Below, one piece after another: positions 33,770 through 46,105 of a stretch of 64,000 nucleotides of DNA. A program made the translations under genes and the position numbers. The notes under the pieces were generated by a model that saw nothing but the letters and a program-made list of their open reading frames with translations, ran no database searches and was not told where the DNA came from. Numbering within the stretch: position 1 is the stretch's first letter; the number at the start of each line of letters is the position of its first letter. The stretch lies in the NCBI RefSeq assembly GCF_035594765.1, contig NW_026943819.1, forward strand, positions 1,488,001 to 1,552,000. The letters are read 5' to 3'. This stretch comes from Anolis carolinensis. Its lineage: Eukaryota.

Positions 33770-34620
33770 GCTCCCCGCACCCGCCCCTCCCTCCCTCCCT
33801 CCCTCCCTCCCCCTCACTTCCGCCAACCATAGGCTCGACCTCCTCCCCCTCCCCCTCCCAGTCCCCCCTCCCATCCCGTGCGCAGCCCCCCTCCCGAACC
33901 GCCCGGCCATCTTGGCGCAGGAGAAGCGAGAAGGAGAAAGAGACAGAGGAGGAGGAGGAGGAGGAGAACCCGCCCCCTTGGAGCCCCCCACCCTCCCTCC
34001 CTCAATCACCAGGATGGCTGCGCGCGCCTGACCTCCCCCCTCCCTCCCTCCCTCCCTCCTTCTCCAAGACCCTCCCCTTTTCCCCCCAATTGCCGGGATG
34101 CTCCGCGACGCCCCTCCGGCCTTGGCCGCCCTCCTGGGGGGCGTCCTGTGCCGGCTCCTCTTCGCCTTCCTCTCCAGCGGTAAGTGGGTGGCCTTTGGGG
34201 GAGGGGGAGGAGGGAGGAGGGGGGGAGACCCCTTGGAGTGACGCAGCAGGGGCCACAACCCCCCCCCCCCCTTCCTCCTCAAGGATTGGACAGAGTTGCT
34301 TCTGGGGAGCTTTGGAGGGTCGCTCTGATGGGGGTGAGGGTGGGGAGGGGTCCAGGAGCCCCTCGATCCCAAGCAGAGAAGGAAGCAAAGAGAGAGAGGG
34401 AGGGGGGGGACCTTCAAGGGGAGGGGGAGGCGGGGCCTGGGCCTGGGCCAGCACCCTGGTCAGCACCCTTCTGCAGAGACTGCGGCAAAAAGGGAGAGAA
34501 AGGAAGGAAGGAAGGAGGGCAAGGAGGTCTCCCAGGCCATTGGCCCCTAGTGTCCTGCCAGGCTGCGCATGCGCCCCCCTTCCCAGGCCCCTTCCCCTTG
34601 CGAAATAGCCCTCCCCTGCC
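33770..34620 (+). promoter_or_regulatory. SCN2B CpG-rich promoter and first-intron control region
   Basis: GC boxes, ETS CACTTCCG at about 33815, YY1-like GCCATCTTG 33906-33914, RE1-like site 34447-34467, NRF1 TGCGCATGCGC 34564-34574. Confidence 0.6.
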
Positions 34621-35129
34621 CTGCCAGGAATGGGGTCATATGTCTGGGAGGGGAACAAGGCTCAGGGCCAGGAAAAACAAGCAAAGTTTTGGAGCAGGGG
34701 TCCCCAAACTATGGCCCGTGGGCCACATGCGGCCCATTGAAGACATTTATCCGGCCCTCGCAGTGGCGGCTGCCTCCTCCTCTTGGCTTGTTTATCATGG
34801 TATTTTAATCATTATTTAATTAATTATTAAGGGGTGCTTTGCTAGTGCTTTTGGTGCACAAAGGAAGAAGGGAGTTGGACTAAATGGCCCAAGCGATTTC
34901 TTCCAACCCTCATTATTATGATTATTATTATTGACAGAAGGACACAGCATAACACAGCAAATGAGATAGATATGCTGGATTTCGTATCACAAAATCACAA
35001 GTTGAACACTTCCCAAGCATTTAGGACTGTGTGATTATTGTATGACACAGCAAACAAGATAGACATGCTGGATTTCGTATCACAAAATCACAAGTCGAAC
35101 ACTTCCCAAGTGTCTAGGACTATGTGATG

Positions 35130-35191
<62 letters not shown>

Positions 35192-35527
35192 ATTGAGGCT
35201 GGGTGGCCATCTGTCAGGGGTGCTTTGCTTGTGCTTTTGGTGCACAGAGGCAGAAGGGGGTTGGACTCAATGGCCCAGAGGGTCTTCTAACCCTCTTATT
35301 ATTATTATTATTATTAATTATTATTATAATTTTATTGTATGACACAGCAAACAAGATAGATATGCTGGATTTAATTTCACAAAATCACAAGTCGAACACT
35401 TCCCAAGTGTCTAGGACTGTGTGATGTATTTTCGGATGATGCGCGTAGATGCCAGTAGGGTGGCCTTTTGCAGTTGACAGATCGTAATTTTGTCAATGTC
35501 TATTGTTTCCAAATGCCGGCTGAGATC

Positions 35528-35578
<51 letters not shown>

Positions 35579-37704
35579 ATTGAGGCTGGGTGGCCATCTG
35601 TAAGGGGTGCTTTGCTTGTGCTTTTGGTGCAAAAAGGCAGAAGGGGTTGGACTAAATGGCCCAAGGGGTCTCTTCCAACCCTCTTTATTATTTTTATCAT
35701 GGTTGTGATTATAATAATAATAAATAATAATAAAACTTTATTTATATCCCGCCACCATCTCCCCATGGGGACTCGGGGCGGCTTACATGGGGCAGTGGCC
35801 CAAACAACATAAGAACAAAATATAAGCAACACAATACAATCACAACATAAAAAGATAAAACAATAATACAATGTATCAATATAAACAACAATACAAGATA
35901 AAAATTTCATTTAAAACACATAATGGTAAGACCGTAATAAAAACAGGATAAATTATTAAAAACCCACTGGGGCTGATTAATTAATGACTATCTCCGAAGG
36001 CCTTATTATTATTAACATTGAGGGTGTATTTGTTCCCCTTTTGGTTTTTTTTACTTCAAAATAAGATATGTGCAGTGTGCATGGGAAATTGTTCATAGTT
36101 TTTTTAATAAAAAAAACGATAGTCTAGCCCTTCAGCTGTCTGAGGGACCGTGAACTGGACCCCAGTTTAAAAAGTTTGGGGACCCCTGCTTTGGAGGGCC
36201 TTCTGCTGCCAGATCTCAACCCAGGTGTGGTCACCCTTTATTAGGGGACACCACATAGTGAAACCCTGCTGTTTACTAGCCCATAAGTTGTCAGATACAT
36301 CCATCTCAAAGATTTTGTCTCTCATCACCTTCTTGTCCAACTGCAATAGGGTTGTTGTTATTGTTGCTGCTGCTGCTCAGTCACATAATTGTTTCTGACT
36401 CTTCATGACTTCGTGGACCAGTCTAGGCCAGAGCTCCCTGTCAGCCGTCAAGGTCCAGCCAGTCACTTCAAGGATACCGTCCATCCATCTCGCCCTTGGT
36501 CGGCCTCTCTTCCTTTTTCCTTCCTTTTTCCCCAGCATCATGATCTTTTCCAAGCTTTCCTGTCTCCTCATGATGTGGCCAAAATACTTCAGCTTTGCCT
36601 CTAACGTTCTTTTTTCCAGTGAGCAGCCACAGGGCATTATTTCCTGGAGGCTGGACTGGTTGGATCTTCTTGTGGTCCAAGGCACTCTCAGGATTTTCCT
36701 CCAACACCAGAGTTCAAATGATCAAAGGTCTGGAGAACAAGCCCTATGAGGAGCGGCTTAAAGAGCTGGGCATGTTTAGCCTGCAGAAGAGAAGGCTGAG
36801 AGGAGACATGATAGCCATGTACAAATACGTGAAGGGAAGTCATAGGGAGGAGGGAGGGAGCTTGTTTTCTGCTGCCCTGCAGACTGGGACGCAAGGGAAC
36901 AATGGCTTCAAACTACAGGAAAGGAGATTCCACCTGAACATCAGGAAGAACTGCCTCACTGTGAGAAGGGCTGTTCAACTCTCTCCCCCGGACTGTGGTG
37001 GAGGCTCCTTCTTTGGAGGCTTTTTAAGCAGAGGCTGGATGGCCATCTGTCGGGGGTGCTTTGAATGCGATTTCCTGCTTCTCGGCAGGGGGCTGGACTG
37101 GATGGCCCATGGGGTCTCTTCCAACTCTACTATTCTATGATTCTATGATTCTATAAAAGCGTCTATCTTCCTTTGCTCAGGCTTCCTTATGGTCCAGCTC
37201 TTGCATCCATAGGTCACTATGGGGAATCCCATGGCTTTGACTATGCGGACCTTCCTTCGTTGCCAGTGGGATGTCTCTGCTCTTCACTACAGTAGAGTCT
37301 CACTTAGCCAAGCTAAATGGGCCGGCAGAAGCTTGGATAAGCGAATATCTTGGATAATAAGGAGGGATTAAGGAAAAGCCTATTAAACATCAAATTATGT
37401 AATGATTTTACAAATTAAACACCAAAACTTCATGTTATACAACAAATTTGACAGAAAAAGTAGTTCAATAGACAGTAATGTTATGTTGTAATTACTGTAT
37501 TTACGAATTTAGCAACAAAATATCACGATATATTGAAAACATTGACTACAAAAATGGCTTGGATTATCCAGAGGCTTGGATAAGCGAGGCTTGGATAAGT
37601 GAGACTCTGTTTTATATTTTATTATATTGTATTGCTTTGGGCATGGCCCCATGTTAGCCACCCCGAGTCCCCGCTGGGGAGATGGTGGCGGGGTATAAAT
37701 AAAG

Positions 37705-37764
<60 letters not shown>

Positions 37765-40700
37765 TGTATTTTGTCCAGGTTGGCCATTGCTCTCCTCCCA
37801 AGATGGAAACATCTTCTGATTTCCTGGCTGCAATGATCTTCGCGCCTAGAAATATAAAGTCTGTCACTGCCTCCACATTTTCTCCTTCTATTTGCCAGTT
37901 AGCAATAGGTGTAGTTGCCATTGTTGTTATTGTTAACACATCGACATAGTGATGGCGCAGGGCCAACCAATATTGCTCCATCAAGCACTGCTTTGTTCTA
38001 CTCTCCCCCTGAAGACACAGGTCCACAGTCTGGACTGATCACTGACCCTGGAACCCCAGGTGTCGGTGGTGGCCAGGAGCACCTTTGCACAATTAAAACT
38101 CATGCGCCAGCTGGGCCCGCACCTTGAGATGCCAGATCTGGCCATGGGAGTTCACGCCTTAGTCACATCCCGTTTGGACTACTGCATTGCTCTCTATGTG
38201 GGGCTGCCAGTTTGGAAGCTTCAACTAGTTCACAGATGGGCAGCCAGATTAATAACAGGAGCCCTGTACAGGCAGAGATCCACTCTTCTAAAGGCCATCT
38301 AGTCCAACCCCCTTCTGGCTTCATGCAGGAAAAACATAATCAAACCTTCCTTGCTTAGTTTCTCCATACCTCACAACCTCTGAGGATGCCTGCCATAGAT
38401 GTGGGCGAAACGTCAGGAGAGAATGCTTCTGGAACATGGCCATACAGCCTGGAAAACATACAACCACCCCATAATCAAAGCATCCCCAAAAGATGGCCAT
38501 CCTACCTCTACTTATCTGCTGTGAGCAGATCTGCGTTTTTCCATCTACGTCAGGCTAGGCAACTGGCTCCCTACCTATCTAGGAACGACCTGGCGACGGT
38601 GATCCAGGCGACGGTCATCTCGAGGCTCGACTACTGTAACGCCCTCTACATTGGCCTTCCTCTGTCAGTGATCCGGAAACTGAAGCTGGTGCAGAATGCG
38701 GCGGCTCGTCTTCTCGCCGGGGTGCCGGCGAGGTGGCGTATCACCCCAATTCTTCAACAGCTGCACTGGCTGCCGATCGAGTACCGGATTACTTTCAAGA
38801 TACTGGTACTAACTTTCAAGGCCTTACATGGTCTGGGGCCGGCGTACCTGAGGGCCCGCTTATCCCCCTACCAACCCCAGAGATTACTTCGGTCCAAAGA
38901 CCAAAATTTGCTGGAAGTCCCTAACATACGGACTTATCCTTTGTCTTCTACTAGGCAGAGAGCCTTCTCGATTGTAGCCCCTCAATTGTGGAATGCCTTG
39001 CCAGTTGAAACTCGAACCACCCGAGACCTACTTGCCTTTCGGAAAGCCTGCAAAACCTTGCTCTTCCGACAAGCTTTCAATGGGTGAAAAACTCGGGGCT
39101 ATGTCTGTTTTTATTGTTGCTTTTATTGTTGTTTTTATTGTTATTTTAAAGCCAAGTGTATTGTTTTAATCTATTTTTGTAAACCGCTCTGAGCCAAACT
39201 GGGAGTAGCGGTATATAAGTTTAATAAATATATATAAATAAATAATAGCAATAATAATCATCATCATGATGATTATGATGATTATTGGCCCCTTGCTAAA
39301 CCCATCCTTGGCTCCTTCTCTCACAGTGCCCAGCATCCAGGCCATGGAGGTGATGGCCCCGCCCACCATCTACGCCCTCAACGGCTCCTCCATCCGCCTC
39401 ACCTGCACCTTCAACTCCTGCTACCAGGTGGAGAAGAAGCAGTTCTCCCTCAACTGGACCTACCAGGGTTGTGACAACTGCACAGAAGAGCTGGTGAGTT
39501 TTATCGCAGTGGCAGATCCTCCCTGGGCTTTGTTTTCCTCTCCTCCCCAGGTCCAAGCAGAGACTGGGCAAAGCAGGGGAACTAGACCAATGATGGGCAA
39601 CCTTTTGCACTTGGTGTGTCAAAATTCACCAAAATACCTAGCATGACTTGGGTGGTGTGTCACTTTGAGAAAAAAAAACACCATAATTTTGCAATATGTA
39701 TAGTTTAAATAACAAAAATGTATAATCTATATATAAAAGAGTGATGGCATCACGGCGACCCACAAAACAACAAAACTACAGGCCCCCCAACCTCGAAATT
39801 TGACAACACAACCCATCATCCACGCCTCTAGGTTGATACAACAAAAAGAAAAGAAAAATAAAGTCCTAATTAGAGAGAGAGGAATAATTGTTTTTATCCA
39901 ATTGCTGCCAGTTAGAAGGCTAAGCTCCTCCAACTTGGTCTCCTAGCAACCCAATAAAAAATAATAAAAAACACTAAAAAATTAATACAATAAAATACTA
40001 TAATAACAGAAAATAACTAAAAATAATACAAGAAAATAATAAAATATAATAAATAAAAATATAACTTACAATAAAATTAATAAAAAATTGCAAATAACGT
40101 CAAATAAAAATTACACAACAATTTTTAACCAATACCACCACCACTTTGCCACAGCAACGCGTGGCCGGGCACAGCTAGTATATATATATATAAATGTAAT
40201 GTGCATAATTCCCATGGAGTAAACAACAAAACCACTGGACAAAATCACACCAAATTTGGCCACAAAAGACATAGTCATCCAATCAATCTGCAGGCAGCAG
40301 TGTGTCAGCAAAAATGACTAGGCGTGTCAGTGCTGACACGCGTGTCATAGGTTGGCCATCACTGAACTAGACCCTGGTCCAAGCAGAGATTGGGCAAAGC
40401 ATGGGAACTAGACCCTGGTCCAAGCAGGGGAGCGGGAAAAGCAGGGGGCCGGGCTGTGGCGCAGCTGGCTAGTAACCAGTTGCAATAAATCACTACTGAC
40501 CGAGAGGTCATGAGTTCGAAGCCCGGGTCGGGTTAAGCCTACGACCATTAAAAAAAAATAGCCCCGGCTTGCTGTTGACCTATGCAGCCCCGAAAGACAG
40601 TTGCATCTGTCAAGTAGGGAAAATTTAGGTACGCTTTATACGGGAGGCTAATTTAACTAATTTACAACACCATAAAACTGCCAGCAAAACACGAGGAAAA

Positions 40701-40915
40701 GGAACGAGGAAGTACAGCCACTACTAGACGGTGAAGCAACAGCTCCCCCTGTGGCCGGAATCGTGAAGCTGGAAAGATGTTAAAATGCCTCTGTGTCTGT
40801 CTAAAGTGAATGTTGTTTGTCTGTTGGCATTGAATGTTTGCCATATATGTGTTCATTGTAATCCGCCCTGAGTCCCCTTCGGGGTGAGAAAGAAGGGCTG
40901 AATATAAATATTGTA

Positions 40916-40960
<45 letters not shown>

Positions 40961-42946
40961 CAGGAAGCAGAGGGACTAGTGGATGGTGAAGCAACAGCTC
41001 CTCTTGTGGCCGGAATCGTGAAGCTGGAAAAATGTTAAATGCCTCTGTGTCTGTCTATACTGTATGTTGTTTGTCTGTTGGCATTGAATGTTTGCCATAT
41101 ATGTGTTCATTGTAATCCGCCCTGAGTCCCCTTCCGGGTGAGAAAGAAGGGCGGAATATAAATACTGTAAATAAATAAACTAGACCTGTTTCTCCGTCCC
41201 TTGCCAGTTCCTGCAGTTCAAGCTGAAGGTGATGCCCATGGAAGAGAACCGCTTTGGGGACCGCATCGAGTTCACTGGGAACCCCAGCAAGAACGACGTC
41301 TCCTTCACGCTCCGCAACGTGCAGCTGGAGGACGAGGGCACCTACCACTGCTACGTGATGAACCCCCCCGACCGGCACAAGGGCCACGGCAAGATCCAGC
41401 TCAGAGTCATCACCGAAGGTCAGGGCCTGGTCTTGGGGGTGCAGCCCCCCTTAAAGCCCTGGTCCAAGCAGGGAGCGGGCAACGCAGGGGAACCAGAGCA
41501 GGCCTGGGCCAACTTCGGCCCTCCCTCCGGGTGTTTTGGACTTCAACTCCCACCATTCCTAACAACCGGCTGCTAGGAATGGTGGGAGTTGAAGTCCAAA
41601 ACTCCCAAAGAGAAGGCCGAAGTTGGCCCATGCCTGAGCTAGGGGAAAGTCCCCAAGGCACCCTTGAATGAGAAGCACCCGCAACATCTTTCCTTTTTGT
41701 TTGCACTCTGCATCTGCTCCGGAGCTGTCGATGCCTCAGCTTTGAATGACTTTGCTGTGCATGAAGGAGCATACACTGTTATGTTACGTTGCAGAAGCAC
41801 TCTGTGATATTTATTTTTTGCAGTATTTTGTGTTATGTTTTGTTTGCTTGTGTCTTGTTTCTGTGCCTCTATCTAGGTCATCTCAGCAGGGAGAGACCCC
41901 CCAGTGCCATCTCTTTAAGGCTGAGAGAGTGTGACTTGCCCAAAGTGACGGGGATTCAGACCCTGGTCTTGCCCGACACTCAAATTATTCTGTCGGTTCA
42001 CTTTGGTTTGGGCAATAGTAATATAAGGCTCTTCCAGACAAAGCCCTATACCCCAGGATCTTATCCCAGGCTTCCTGCTTTAAAGTGGATTATATGAGTC
42101 CACACTGCCAGATAATCTGTGATAAGCAAAAAACTTGGCATCAATGTTTCATTGAAGGCTTGCATGGCCAGAATCACTGGCTTGTTGTGCATTTTCCGGG
42201 CTGTATGGCTATGTTCCAGAAGCATTCTCTCCTCACGTTTCTCCAACATCTATGGCAGGCATCCCCAGAGCATGTCACAACCTCTGAGGATGCCTGCCGT
42301 AGATGTGGATGAAACGTCAGGAGAGAATGCTTCTTGAACATAGCCACACAGCCCTGAATACTCACAGCAACCGAACCTGGGATCACATCCTGGGATATAG
42401 GGCCTTTCTGGAAGAGCCCTTAAGTGGGGTGTTGTGTGGTGTCCGGCCTGTGTGACCATTGCGCTTGAGCAGCATTTTCTCCTGACGTTTCGCCTGCATC
42501 TGTGGTTGAGATCACTGCTGAGTTTGCACCAACTTATCATTTGAGGCTCGAATTGCTTTTGTAATTTCCTCATGGCTGTCATGCTGCTTTCGTGTATTTT
42601 ACCATTGTTATTATATGATTGTTTGGAGGCCGTGTGTTTTGCCTTGGCGCCGTTCCGCATTCTGCTCAGGAATGAGACCCCCCCCCCTCTCCAACTCCAT
42701 TCTGGGCGCTGACCCCATTGTGGGGGTCCCGTGTGTGTCTCCACAGAGCCCCCGGAGCGCGACTCCACGGTGGCGGTGATTGTGGGGGCCACGGTGGGGG
42801 GCTTCCTGGCCGTGGTCATCCTGGCGCTGGTGGCCGTCAAGTGCGTCCGGCGGAAGAAGCAGCAGCGGCTCAACACCGACGACCAGAAGACGGAGGAGGA
42901 GGGCAAGACCGACGGAGAAGGGAACCCCGAGGAGGGGGCCAAGTAG
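34098..42946 (+). CDS. SCN2B: Voltage-gated sodium channel beta-2 subunit, 4 coding exons, 219 aa
   Basis: Exons 34098-34179, 39327-39493, 41208-41418, 42747-42946. Motifs MEVMAPPTIYALNGSSIRLTCTFNSCY (alpha-linking Cys retained), CDNC, PPERDSTVAVIVGATVGGFLAVVIL and RRKKQQRLNTDDQKTEEEGKTDGEGN. Confidence 0.96.
36370..37920 (-). mobile_element. BovB/RTE LINE 3' fragment interrupted by CR1 (36719-37153, +), MITE A and an L2-type tail
   Basis: Peptide PWTTRRSNQS..LKYFGHIMRR..LEK.MMLGK.EGKRKRGRPR.RWMD. The CR1 insert encodes LENKPYEERLKELGMFSL and ends in (ATTCTATG)n. Confidence 0.85.
38505..39245 (+). mobile_element. L2-clade LINE 3' fragment (ORF2 C-terminus); older L2 piece at 38030-38280
   Basis: Peptide SRLDYCNALYIGLP..LKLVQNAAARLL..LHWLPIEYRITFKIL. 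Confidence 0.85.
39588..40364. mobile_element. hAT MITE containing Helitron-like insertion(s)
   Basis: TIR CA(A/G)TGATGG(G/C)CAACC with 8-bp TSD AACTAGAC. Inner element 39726-40178 has 5'-TC, a subterminal hairpin GCCAC..GTGGC and 3'-CTAG, inserted between A and T. Confidence 0.75.
40448..41178 (+). mobile_element. tRNA-derived SINE with L2-like tail and duplicated 3' half; inverted copy at 30635-31112
   Basis: Head GCCGGGCTGTGGCGCAGCTGG, box GAGTTCGAAGCCC, (TAAA)n tail. Confidence 0.75.
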
Positions 42947-44012
42947 ACTGATTGCGGGAGGGACCCCCACTCCTGCCCATACACACCTCCCAAGCCCCCT
43001 CCCTCGTGTGTCTCCTGGGCCACAGAGACAGAGAAGCCCCTTCCCCTTTGACTGCCTTCCCCTCTCTCTATCTCCCTTTCAGAGGGGTCTCTGCCAAGAA
43101 TGGGGAGGGGTCTCCACATTCTGAACCGCCCCTTCTCCCCTGGGTTGTTCCATGCCAAGTGGTCTAAACCTTCCTACCACCATGTCTCCAGTTTTGTTCA
43201 CATTTGAGCTATAGCGCCAGTCAGGTTTTCAACTAGGTTTCCCCAAATGTGAGGTCTCTGAGTGCAATAATTGCTGATCTAGACCCTCTGATTGGAAGGG
43301 TAGTCATTTAACAAAATGCCATTTTTGGGGTCTAATAACATTTTATATTTTGTGCAGAGAGAGAAAAGAGGGAGCAACTTTTTCCAAAAGGGACATCTGC
43401 GTTCTCACCAAAGGTCCCTCACAGTCCTGGTAGTCACTGTATGGCTATCCTGGTTTCAATGTGATACATAATGTACTTTGACCTGAGTAAATGGATAGTT
43501 AATGTGTTGTTGAAGGCTTTCCTGGCCGGAATCACTGGGTTGTTGTGCATAATAATACAGTAGAGTCTCACTTATCCAAGCTAAACGGGCCGGCAGAACC
43601 TTGGACAAGCAAATATTTTGGATAATAAGGAGGGATTAAGGAAAAGCCTATTAAAAATCAAATTACATTATGATTTTACAAATTAGGCACCAAAACATCA
43701 TGTTATACAACAAATTTGACAGAAAAAGTAGTTCAATACGCAGTAATGTTATGTTGTAATTACTGCATTTACGAATTTAGCACCAAAATATCATGATATA
43801 TTGAAAACATTGACTACAAAAATGCACTGGATAATCCAGAAGCTTGGATAAGCAAGACTCTACTGTAATAAGATGTATTACTCTCCTCTTCCCTCTAATA
43901 ATAATAACAACAATAATATAGTTTATCACCTGCCTCTGCCCTCTAATAATAAGAGGAATTTATTACCTCTGCCAATAATACTAATAATATAATGTATTAC
44001 TCATCTCTCCCC

Positions 44013-44080
<68 letters not shown>

Positions 44081-44928
44081 TGATCATTTATTGCCCCCTC
44101 CCTAATAACAATAATATGTATTACTTGACTCTGCCCTCTAATTATAATAATAATTACAGTATAAGAAATGATGGGTTGCTGTGAGTTTTCGGGGCTGTAT
44201 GGCCATGTTCCAGAATACTTCTGGCACATGGCCATATAGCCCGGAAAATGCACAACAACCCAGGATATTTAATGTTTGCATGGCAAAACAAAAACATATA
44301 AGTCTTGTAAAAAAATCTCTTTCCGATGATATTATTGAAAAGCATATTCATACTCTTTTTAAATAATTGGCTTCGAACTTTGGCAGGTTTTACCATTTGC
44401 AATGAAAGTGTGCCAAATTTGAAGAGATCCCGCAAGGCGGTTATAGATACTAGCTAGTTGCAAATCCGGCAGTGTTATGTTCAGCATAAGCAGAATGCTT
44501 GGCCAAAATTCCAAGCCCGTATCTTGGTTTGCATGGAAATTGTTGCAGTTTGAATTCTGGTCAAAATTTGTCACAACGCATTGCGATGCATACTTTGGGT
44601 CAACTTGTTTAGCTGGGTTTTGCACCCATAGGTTAAAATTAATTCCATTGGAATCCGCAGACAAAAAAACTGCACAGGGTTTCAATTTCTTAGCCATCCT
44701 TATACTTTTAGTTTCTATTTATTTATGTATTTACTGACAACATTTATATCCCACCCTTCTCACCCCAAAGGGGAGTCAGGTTATATGCAGGTTATATGTC
44801 CATACAATATATTATATTATTAGCATAGCACAATATTGGCATTATATATTACTATATTGTACTATACCACTATACTGCAATATTATTAGTAATATTACAT
44901 GTAATATATAATATACAATTATAATAGG

Positions 44929-44988
<60 letters not shown>

Positions 44989-45342
44989 TGTATGACACAG
45001 CAAACAAGATGCTGGATTTCGTATCACAAAATCATAAGTCGAACTCTTCCCAAGTGTCTAGGACTGTGTGATGTATTTTCGGATGATGCGCACAGATCCC
45101 AGTCGGGTGGCCTTTTGCAGTTGGCCGATTGTAATTTTGTCAATGTCTATTGTTTCCAAATGCCAGCTGAGATCTTTTGGCACGGCACCCAGTGTGCCCA
45201 TCACCACCGGGACCACCTGCACTGGTTTCTGCCAGAGTCTTTGAAGTTCAATCTTGAGGTCCTGATAGCGGCTGAGTTTTTCCTGTTGTTTTTCATCAAT
45301 GCGACTGTCACCTGAGATGGCAGGTGACAGTCGCACTGACGA

Positions 45343-45395
<53 letters not shown>

Positions 45396-46105
45396 TTATC
45401 AGACCCCAAAAATGACATTTTCTTAAATGACGACCCTTCCGATAAGGGGGTCTAGACTAGCAACCAGAGACCTCATATTTTGGGAAACTTAGTTTCATGG
45501 CTGGCTGGTGCTACAGTTAAAATTTGCACACAATTGAAGAAGATGATGGTGGGAACTTTTTATAAATTGGAGACCCCTTGGCATGGAACGACCCCCCTCC
45601 CTTCCCACAGAAGCACAACCCACGACTGCCAAGAGAACTCACTGCCAGGGGGGCAAGGCCGAAGCCTCCTCCGATAACCCCCCTCCCCATAAAAAGACAA
45701 AACAGACCCCCCTCAAATAGCCCCCCACTCACCTGGCGAAATCCCGGCTTTGGGGGGATGCTGCTGCCTCCAAACAGGCCTTGTGCCCCCTCCTCCTCCT
45801 CTTCTTCCGATGATGATGATGGTGATGATGACGGTGACGATGCCCTTTGCCCCCCACCCCACCCCGCCTTCGCAGCGCCCCTTCTTTCCTTGCCTGCGCC
45901 GTGTTTCGGGATCGCCACCGCTGTCCGTCTGTCCGTCCGTCCGTCCATCTGGGAATGAATAAAGCGGGGTGCGCCTCTCTTTTTCTGTCTCGGGCAAAGA
46001 GATGCCTCCAATTCTTTCCATTCGGGGGGAGAAAGGAGGGGTAAGGCAGGGAAAGAGGAGCCGGGTGCCTCTAGGCATGTGCAGAGTGCCTCGTCCAAAA
46101 GCATT

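Noticed and set aside
32479-34031. Long ORFs of 418, 341 and 235 aa
   Set aside because: Translations of the TCTA/TCTG microsatellite (YLSI repeats), not genes and not JAML remnants.
33713-34819. Long GC-rich ORFs around SCN2B exon 1, and similarly at 51404-52692 and 60791-61785
   Set aside because: Stop-poor GC-rich promoter or UTR sequence; only the short spliced exons have family homology.
38386-39087. 233-aa ORF as a host gene
   Set aside because: Chance fusion of a Penelope fragment with the L2 ORF2 C-terminus.
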